The notes beneath the pieces are model-generated. The model searched no databases, was not told the origin of the DNA, and saw only the letters and a program-made list of their open reading frames with translations. 64,000 bases of DNA, taken from positions 17,055 through 81,054 of the forward strand of contig JBGTAN010000002.1 in NCBI GenBank assembly GCA_041749855.1. Reading direction: 5' to 3'. Source of the DNA: Bdellovibrionota bacterium (lineage in GTDB: Bacteria; Bdellovibrionota; FAC87; UBA2466). Below are positions 9,992 through 16,908 of this stretch, piece by piece. The first letter of the stretch is position 1, and the number at the start of each line of letters is the position of its first letter. Both the position numbers and the translations under genes were made by a program.

Positions 9992-10052
9992 GTCCCTTAT
10001 CCTTATTCAAGAGTCGAAGCCACGCACGAAGCAGTGACTCTTCCCAAGTTAT

Positions 10053-10068
10053 TGCATAGCGGGTGCCA
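10053..10068 (-). promoter_or_regulatory. Sigma54-like promoter for small lipoprotein
   Basis: TGGCACCCGCTATGCA (GG-N10-GC). Confidence 0.5.
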
Positions 10069-10198
10069 GTTTTTCTAAGCACTCCCGATCACAAATCCAG
10101 GCAGGAAACCGCCAAACTATGTCATTTGCATGCGCGTTTCGGCACGATGTGTCTAAAACTCAGGCGTCAAACTCTATAAAATTGACAGTTTGCTTGCC

Positions 10199-10226
10199 TC
10201 AAAATGCCACCGGTTTATGCCGATAA
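10199..10226 (+). promoter_or_regulatory. FliA/sigma28-like promoter
   Basis: TCAA-N16-GCCGATAA, 6 nt before ATG 10233. Confidence 0.55.
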
Positions 10227-10232
10227 GAAAAC

Positions 10233-11249
10233 ATGAAAACCCTTCGCATTAACGCAGTGCAACTTATTCTAACTCCAATCCTTTTCACCTTTTCGCTTCA
10301 AGCGGCAACGATAGATTGGGGTGCGGAATGCAGAGACGGCGATCGAATCGCCTGTCACAAAGTCGGCGATGGTTTCAGCACAGTCGGTAGAAAAGGAGAA
10401 GCGATTCGCCACTACTCTCTCGCATGCGACATGAAGCTTGCCGTCGCGTGTGTGGACGCTGCTTCTCTCCTAGAAAAAGAAGGCAAAGCCAAAGAAGCCC
10501 AAGCGCTGCTTGGAAAAGCCTGCGACTACAATGATGCGATGGCTTGCGACACGCTCGCAACCCGCGCTGAAAAGGAAGGCAATCAGGAAGCCGCTCGCAA
10601 GTACCACGTCGAAAGCTGTCTACGAGGCATTGGGTCTTCTTGTTTGGCACTGGGCTTTTGGGCCGAGCAAGGGGGGGACGCCACCACGGCTCGTGAATGG
10701 TACATCAAAGGGTGTGCTTACAATCACGGCAATAGCTGCAACAACTTGGGAGGCACCGAGCGATCTGCGGGCAATCAGACCGCGGCGGTTTTCTACTACC
10801 AACGCGCGTGTAACCTACAATCGGGTCCCGGATGCAACGCTCTCGCCGATAGTTTTCGTGAATTGAATAAGCCGCTTGAAGTCCGTCGCTACTACTCGCT
10901 TGCCTGCCAATACGAAGACAGCATGGGCTGCAATAATCTGGGTGTTGTCGAGGAGTACGCAGGAAACTTGGACCGCGCGAAGAAGCTGTACAAGTATAGC
11001 TGCGATCGCGGCACATCGCACGGCTGCCGAAATGCAGGAAACCTTGCACGTCGCGAAGGCCGTCTGAAAGACAGCGTGTTTCTGCTGGCTCGCGCAACCA
11101 CGCTTCTGAAAAATGCCTGTGCCTCTGGTTTCGCCCAGAGCTGCGTGGACCTCAAGGCCATGGAAAATCAGCCCCACGTCTCTCGCGCTCCCGCGAGCAA
11201 GCCTGCAAACCCGTCGTCGGGACAGAAGGCTCCTTCGAAGCAGCGATGA
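10233..11249 (+). CDS. Secreted Sel1-like repeat, cysteine-rich (HcpA-like) protein
   Basis: Signal peptide and repeated AC-x7-C..LG helical units. Confidence 0.85.
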   Translation: MKTLRINAVQLILTPILFTFSLQAATIDWGAECRDGDRIACHKVGDGFSTVGRKGEAIRHYSLACDMKLAVACVDAASLLEKEGKAKEAQALLGKACDYNDAMACDTLATRAEKEGNQEAARKYHVESCLRGIGSSCLALGFWAEQGGDATTAREWYIKGCAYNHGNSCNNLGGTERSAGNQTAAVFYYQRACNLQSGPGCNALADSFRELNKPLEVRRYYSLACQYEDSMGCNNLGVVEEYAGNLDRAKKLYKYSCDRGTSHGCRNAGNLARREGRLKDSVFLLARATTLLKNACASGFAQSCVDLKAMENQPHVSRAPASKPANPSSGQKAPSKQR

Positions 11250-11267
11250 GAAGCTCGCACCTTCTTG

Positions 11268-12080
11268 CTACCGAGCGTTGAAGACGGCCAGAACTTCCTT
11301 AGCTTTGCCACGGCGATCGCCGCGACAACTGATGGATCGACGTACTTCAAACCGATGCCTTTTGGCCAATCCGTATTCTCGGCGGGTGAAGGGTGTGTCG
11401 TGATTCGAAATCAGAACGGGTATGCCCCGGTCCGCGGTTTGCTCGGCCGCTCGCGCGAGTCGGATCTGTTCTTCAGGTCCAAATCCTCCCGCATCGTAGC
11501 TTGTAAAGTTCGCTGTCGCGGACAGAGGCACGTAAGGCGGATCACAATAGATCACGTCACCGGCACGTGAGTCGGCCATCACCATTTCAAAATCTGCATT
11601 GCGAATATCCGCGCGTTGAGACTTCTGATGGAAGGCCCGCATTTCAACTTCAGGAAAGTAAACCTTCGAGTATTTCCCAAAGGGAGCATTGAAACCGCCG
11701 CTCGCATTGTATCTACACAGACCATTGAAGCAGTGTCGATTTAAGTACAAAAAGAGCGCGGACTTCTCATGGTCCTTGGCCACTTCGTTGAACCGCGCAC
11801 GTCTTTCATAAAAGACTTCCTTGGAGTTCGCTGGATCTTCGAAGAAGGAGCGGCAGTACTCCATAAAGGAAGCGCCTTCTTTCTGTAGATGGCGGTACAG
11901 ATCAATGAGGTCGGCATTGGAGTCGGATAGAACGTAGTGCGAATAGTCGGTATTCAAAAATAGCGCGCCCGACCCCGCAAAGGGTTCTACCAAACGCTCG
12001 GCGGGCGGGAGCACGGCTTTAATACGGTCGACAATGAGATGCTTGTTGCCAGCCCATTTTAGGAAGGGACGCACGGACAT
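11268..12080 (-). CDS. dam: DNA adenine methylase, Dam (D12) family
   Basis: FLKWAGNK, EPFAGSG, FNGLCRYN..G.FNAPFG, YCDPPY and ISNH motifs. Confidence 0.93.
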   Translation of the reverse strand: MSVRPFLKWAGNKHLIVDRIKAVLPPAERLVEPFAGSGALFLNTDYSHYVLSDSNADLIDLYRHLQKEGASFMEYCRSFFEDPANSKEVFYERRARFNEVAKDHEKSALFLYLNRHCFNGLCRYNASGGFNAPFGKYSKVYFPEVEMRAFHQKSQRADIRNADFEMVMADSRAGDVIYCDPPYVPLSATANFTSYDAGGFGPEEQIRLARAAEQTADRGIPVLISNHDTPFTRREYGLAKRHRFEVRRSISCRGDRRGKAKEVLAVFNAR

Positions 12081-12145
12081 CGAACTAAACTACCTGGATT
12101 CAAAAATTTTGCAGTTAATGTTTAGATGTTTTATTGTCCTCAGCG

Positions 12146-12466
12146 ATGAAAGACAGGAATGAAGTGGAAGAGCGGCGTTTGCGGGCCAAAATCGTGGGTG
12201 AATTCCTCAAATTGATGCGTCAGAAGGCGGGTCTAACTCAGCACGAGTTAGCATCGACCCTTTCGTACTCAACAGCACAATTCATCAGTAACTGGGAGCG
12301 GGGCGTGTCATTGCCTCCTTTGGATGTCTTGCCAAAGCTCGCTCACCTTTGTCGCATCGCACCGAGAAAGTTGGTCGATGTTCTATACAGGTACCAAGAA
12401 GAAGTTTTGAAGCTTCACAAGAAGCAGCTCATGGCACTTCTCACTCGGCGCTCGCGCACTGCCTGA
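12146..12466 (+). CDS. XRE-family HTH regulator
   Basis: R.KAGLTQ.ELA....STAQFISNWERG..LPP pattern. Confidence 0.85.
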   Translation: MKDRNEVEERRLRAKIVGEFLKLMRQKAGLTQHELASTLSYSTAQFISNWERGVSLPPLDVLPKLAHLCRIAPRKLVDVLYRYQEEVLKLHKKQLMALLTRRSRTA

Positions 12467-12490
12467 TCGCGCACGTCACGGGTTAATCGC

Positions 12491-12517
12491 TTAATATTTT
12501 TGGCGAAATCCCGATAC
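12491..12517 (+). promoter_or_regulatory. FliA/sigma28-like promoter
   Basis: TTAA-N15-CCCGATAC upstream of the ceramidase RBS GAGGAGG. Confidence 0.45.
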
Positions 12518-12534
12518 GTGAGAGAGGAGGGTAT

Positions 12535-14529
12535 ATGAAGCGACTAGTCTTGGGGCTTGTTTCGGCTACCTTTTTCGTACCTCTTTTTGCAGAGGCTTCG
12601 TACCTCATCGGAACGGGCATCCACGATGTCACCGGACCGGTTGCTGAAGCCATGATGATGGGCTACGTCGATCCCCAGCAAAAAACGGAGGGCATTCACA
12701 CGCGCCTCTGGTCGCGCGCCTATGTGATTGCAGACGGTCCCACCGGCAATCGATTGGTTTTCGTCAGCGCCGATTTGATTCACATTTATCAAGGCGTCAA
12801 AGCCGCTGTGATTCGCAACCTCGCGTCGCGGTATGGAGATTTGTACTCCGAAAGCAACGTCATGCTAACCGCCACTCATACGCATAGCGGACCGGGTGGC
12901 TACTCTCACTACCGGCTCTATACGATTTCGGCTTTGGGTTACTCGCAGATGGGCTTTGATGCGGTGGTCGACGGCATTACTCAGTCCATCATCAAAGCAC
13001 ACGATAGTCTTCAACCCGGCCAAATCCGAATTGCCAAAGGAACACTCACAGGGGCCTCACGCAATCGCTCGCCGGAGGCCTACCTAATGAATCCCGCCGC
13101 TGATCGAATCGATCAGCCCCAGACGAACGAAGACATGACCCTGCTGCGCTTAGAGCGCGTCGATGGAACGGAGCTGGGTCTCATCGATTGGTTCGCGGTG
13201 CATGCGACTTCCATGCAGAAACGCAACAAACTCATCAGCTCTGACAATAAGGGCATGGCTTCCTATCTCTTCGAACGGGCGAAAGACTCTCGTTTCACGG
13301 AAGGGCACCCCTTTGTTGCTGCTTTTGCGAACTCGGATGCCGGAGATGTGAGCCCCAATACCGCTGGCGACCTGGATAGCGACGGAAATTGGGACTGCGT
13401 CTACAAGGACGATTTCAAATGCAATTTGGACTCTGCCCGGCGCCAGTCCCTTCGAGCGGCGGAGTTGTACAACGATGCCACCGAGCTGCTTCAGGGGCCC
13501 GTCGACTATCGCCACAGCTTTGTCGATATGTCGAAAGTGGAAGTTGCCTCCTCGTTTACGGGAGTCGGCACGGAGCACACGTGCCCCGCAGCTATCGGAC
13601 TTTCCATGCTAGCCGGCACTGCCGATGGCCGCGGAATCGGTCAAGAGGGTTGGACCTGTCGCAACGTTCCGCTTTGGGGACGCATCTTTTGCAGTCGCGA
13701 TCACGATGACTGCCATGGTGTGAAGCCGCTGGCGCTCAAGACCGGTTACAAATCCACCCCATGGACACCTGAAGTGCTTCCAATCCATGTAGTGCGAATC
13801 GGGCAGCTTGCCTTGATCGGAGTGCCCGCTGAATTTACAACGGTCTCAGGCCGTCGCCTGCGAGCCACCGTCGAGAACGAGCTAAAATCTGCGGGGGTGA
13901 ACTACTTCGTGCTGGCCGGCTATGCCAATGCCTACGCGGGCTATGTGGCAACGCGAGAAGAATATCAACTCCAGATGTATGAAGGCGCTTCCACGCACTT
14001 CGGCGAGTGGACTCTGAATGCCTACCAACAGGAGTTTGCAACGGTGGCTGCGGCTTTACGAACGGGCAGCCCCACCGACCCCGGTCCCCAGCCTCGCGAC
14101 CTGACCGGAAAGATTCCGAGTAAAAGCCCCCCTGAGGTTTCCGTCGATACGGTTCCCGTAGGGGTCAGTTTCGGTTCGGTGTCTCAACAACCCGACCGAG
14201 AAGTGCAGCCGGGCCAAGTGGCGAAAGCCGTTTTCTGGGGCGGCCACCCGAACAATGACCTGCTCCGACAGAGTTCTTTCCTTGAGGTCCAGCACTTCGA
14301 CAAATCCACCCAGAGCTGGATCCCCGTTGCCCTGGACCGAGATTGGGATACCCGCTTCCGGTGGGAATCTGTAAAGCCCCATAGCTCCAAAATTACGATT
14401 GAATGGGACGTGTCGGCCGACTACCCGGCAGGGGAGTACCGCATTCTCCATCGAGGGACTCGAAAACTAGTCTCTGGAAAGCGCACCCGGTACCAAGGGA
14501 TCAGCCGTAGTTTCCAGGTTGTGCATTAG
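12535..14529 (+). CDS. Secreted neutral/alkaline ceramidase
   Basis: Signal peptide. G..DVTGP, GIHTRL.SRA, THTHSGPGG, FAVHATSM, GDVSPN and YEGAST motifs. Confidence 0.92.
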   Translation: MKRLVLGLVSATFFVPLFAEASYLIGTGIHDVTGPVAEAMMMGYVDPQQKTEGIHTRLWSRAYVIADGPTGNRLVFVSADLIHIYQGVKAAVIRNLASRYGDLYSESNVMLTATHTHSGPGGYSHYRLYTISALGYSQMGFDAVVDGITQSIIKAHDSLQPGQIRIAKGTLTGASRNRSPEAYLMNPAADRIDQPQTNEDMTLLRLERVDGTELGLIDWFAVHATSMQKRNKLISSDNKGMASYLFERAKDSRFTEGHPFVAAFANSDAGDVSPNTAGDLDSDGNWDCVYKDDFKCNLDSARRQSLRAAELYNDATELLQGPVDYRHSFVDMSKVEVASSFTGVGTEHTCPAAIGLSMLAGTADGRGIGQEGWTCRNVPLWGRIFCSRDHDDCHGVKPLALKTGYKSTPWTPEVLPIHVVRIGQLALIGVPAEFTTVSGRRLRATVENELKSAGVNYFVLAGYANAYAGYVATREEYQLQMYEGASTHFGEWTLNAYQQEFATVAAALRTGSPTDPGPQPRDLTGKIPSKSPPEVSVDTVPVGVSFGSVSQQPDREVQPGQVAKAVFWGGHPNNDLLRQSSFLEVQHFDKSTQSWIPVALDRDWDTRFRWESVKPHSSKITIEWDVSADYPAGEYRILHRGTRKLVSGKRTRYQGISRSFQVVH

Positions 14530-14555
14530 CGCGCGAACGTGTATCCCAGCCGCTT

Positions 14556-15524
14556 ATGCAGCATTTCGGTCTCCTGATTAGTGCCCTATTTTGGGCAGTG
14601 ACGGCTACGGCTCATTCCCGGATCGAAATTCCGGACGCTATCCTGCCCCTGCTCGATCCTTCCCTTTATCAAATCCCGAAAGATCCTGGCTCCGGGGTAG
14701 TGGCAGATATTCTCAACGAACGTGTGATGCCCGGCGGAAAGCGCATCCGGCCCTATTTGTGCTTTCTTTCTGCGGGACTCGTGAACCCTGACCCCAAGGC
14801 GGTGGATTGGATCGCGTGTGTGGCAGAGGAAACGCACCAAGCTTCACTCACACACGATGACGTTATCGATGGAAGCGAAACTCGGCGAGGCAATCCGAGC
14901 CTGCCGGCTGTCATCGAAAATAAGAAGTCGGTCCTTACCGGCAACTACCTGCTTGCACACCTCACGAAATCCGCGGTTCGCCATGGAAACGATCGACTGA
15001 CTTTAGGCATTCTGGAGGTGATTCAGGGAATGACGATCGGTGAATTCGAGCAAGCCGACTTACTCGCCTCCGGTACCTACACGCCGATGCAGTGGGCACA
15101 AGTCGCCCGTAAAAAAACGGGCTTACTCTTTGGTTGGTCGCTCTCGGCTCCTGCCATTTGGCTCGGGCAGAATGAAGGTTTCATCGATACGATGTCGAAT
15201 TTGGGAAACCTGCTCGGAGAAGTGTTTCAGCTCCGCGACGACATGGACGATGCTGACCTGGAGCGGGGCGAATTAAACTACGTGCTGATGTTGGCGGCAG
15301 GCGAAACCAAAAGTCCCTTGGACCCTGATTTTTCTGAAGAAGAGATCCGAAACGCAAGACAAAGGGTAATTCCCTTGCTAGAAACCCAACGCAAGCGAAT
15401 GGAATCACTCATAGAAAACCTCATGCGCTACAGCGCCACCGTTCGGGGTGGCGAGGCGCATCGCCTGGCATGCCGCGATGGCCTACTGAACCTAGCCAAC
15501 CTGCTCACCCGACTGCCGGATTGA
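14556..15524 (+). CDS. Polyprenyl diphosphate synthase family protein with signal-like N-terminus
   Basis: GGKRIRP, HDDVID...RRG, KKTG.LF and FQLRDDMDD motifs. Confidence 0.85.
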   Translation: MQHFGLLISALFWAVTATAHSRIEIPDAILPLLDPSLYQIPKDPGSGVVADILNERVMPGGKRIRPYLCFLSAGLVNPDPKAVDWIACVAEETHQASLTHDDVIDGSETRRGNPSLPAVIENKKSVLTGNYLLAHLTKSAVRHGNDRLTLGILEVIQGMTIGEFEQADLLASGTYTPMQWAQVARKKTGLLFGWSLSAPAIWLGQNEGFIDTMSNLGNLLGEVFQLRDDMDDADLERGELNYVLMLAAGETKSPLDPDFSEEEIRNARQRVIPLLETQRKRMESLIENLMRYSATVRGGEAHRLACRDGLLNLANLLTRLPD

Positions 15525-15571
15525 CCATTGGCACCGCTCCTTGTTTACTTTCCCTAACTCAAGGAGATCTC

Positions 15572-15802
15572 ATGAAATTCACGGAATTCACGTTCGCAGC
15601 CCTACTGGCGTTTTCGGCTCCCGCCATGGCAGATAAAGCAGCTTGTAGTTGCGATCACCAATGTGAAAAGGCCTGTAAGGAACACAAGGGCGAGAAATGC
15701 GATTGCCAAGCTTGCGATTGCGCAAAGTCAGGCAAATGCGAACACGGAAAATGTGAGCATCACGAAGGCAGAGCGGCTTCTAAAGAAGCCAAAAAGAAAT
15801 AG
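15572..15802 (+). CDS. Small secreted Cys/His-rich metallothionein-like protein
   Basis: AAGGAG RBS, 20 aa signal ending AMA, and 10 Cys plus 5 His in the 56 aa mature part. Confidence 0.75.
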   Translation: MKFTEFTFAALLAFSAPAMADKAACSCDHQCEKACKEHKGEKCDCQACDCAKSGKCEHGKCEHHEGRAASKEAKKK

Positions 15803-15813
15803 TTTTGAGATCG

Positions 15814-16347
15814 CTATTGGGCGTTGATGTAATCCCAGCACTGACTGTCGGAAACGGCCGTTGCGCTTTCGACGATGCCACGTGATCCGGGGCCGTCTTC
15901 CAACCGTCCGGGTGGCTTGGGCAGAGATCGTACTCGCTCAGCGTCTTTTCTCAGCTCAGAAGAAATCGTGCCGGTCGCGAAGACCACGCACATATTTCCT
16001 GTGATCTTTTCCTTGGCCGCAACAGCGTCTTCCAAATAAGGCGTGCAGACGAACAGTCCGGAAGCTTCTACGTTCATTCTCCATTTGCGGAAATTATAAC
16101 CCGGGAGCTTTCCGACCTTTGCACGCGACTCCAAAAAGTCGAGGGCTTCTCTCAGTTCGCCATCCACCCCGGTGGGCTCACCCGCAGCGGCCGTTGAAGG
16201 ACGGGCCGTGCCTTGCAACCCTCGAGGACCGGCAAAGCGCCCAATCTTAGAAGGCGTATCGCATACGGTAACAAAGCTATCTGGGCCCGTTTGGGCGTGG
16301 ATCGTGAAGGCAAAAAAGAGAGGTATAGAGAGAAGCGATTTGTTCAT
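15814..16347 (-). CDS. Hypothetical secreted protein
   Basis: Signal peptide ending IHA and four Cys. Start uncertain. Confidence 0.6.
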   Translation of the reverse strand: MNKSLLSIPLFFAFTIHAQTGPDSFVTVCDTPSKIGRFAGPRGLQGTARPSTAAAGEPTGVDGELREALDFLESRAKVGKLPGYNFRKWRMNVEASGLFVCTPYLEDAVAAKEKITGNMCVVFATGTISSELRKDAERVRSLPKPPGRLEDGPGSRGIVESATAVSDSQCWDYINAQ

Positions 16348-16503
16348 CAGTATTCCAGAGCCCCGAATTGCACGCACGCTACAACATTCGACACTACGTG
16401 TCTAGGCTTCGGCGCACCCTATATAACCACTTCAGATCGTAAGAGTTTTCGGATCTAGGAGTTTTCATCAGGGGGGAACTGTGCACGTGCACACCCCAAG
16501 CTT

Positions 16504-16908
16504 TTACTTGGCTTCGAGTTGGACCAACCAGTTGGGCGACGCATATTCTACCGTTTCCGACTGGTGAATGCGGTTGGCCAGATTGAGACTGGCGATGCCG
16601 CGAGGACTTTCGACTAACCAAATTACTCGCTCCGCGGAGGCCACCACTTTTTTCAGCAGCTTCACGCCTTGAGCTTTTGCCCAGGCGCGCACGCGTGCTT
16701 CACTCGTCGAAGCGCGAAAAGCCACTAGCACGCCGCCGGGTAGCGAACGGCGCATCCCTGAGGCATCTCGAAAGACGGGAGACTTTCCGCCTTTTTCTTG
16801 GGTCGAAGTTTGAAAACTCACTCCGTCGTGCCAACGGTAAGTAACCGGGGCCGCAACGGCGGAAGCACAAATGAGCCCTAACGCGAAAGCTGTGAGATGC
16901 ATTTTCAT
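16504..16908 (-). CDS. Secreted S8 propeptide-like / external chaperone protein
   Basis: ATGA overlap with the protease stop and a signal peptide. GVLVAF...SLNLANRI...VEYASPNW resembles S8 prodomain-like folds. Confidence 0.7.
   Translation of the reverse strand: MKMHLTAFALGLICASAVAAPVTYRWHDGVSFQTSTQEKGGKSPVFRDASGMRRSLPGGVLVAFRASTSEARVRAWAKAQGVKLLKKVVASAERVIWLVESPRGIASLNLANRIHQSETVEYASPNWLVQLEAK

Noticed and set aside
11268-12466. Dam plus XRE as a prophage or R-M system
   Set aside because: No integrase, structural or endonuclease genes nearby.
15529-15544. TGGCAC motif before the metallothionein-like gene
   Set aside because: Spacing is GG-N11-GT rather than GG-N10-GC, so it is not called as sigma54.
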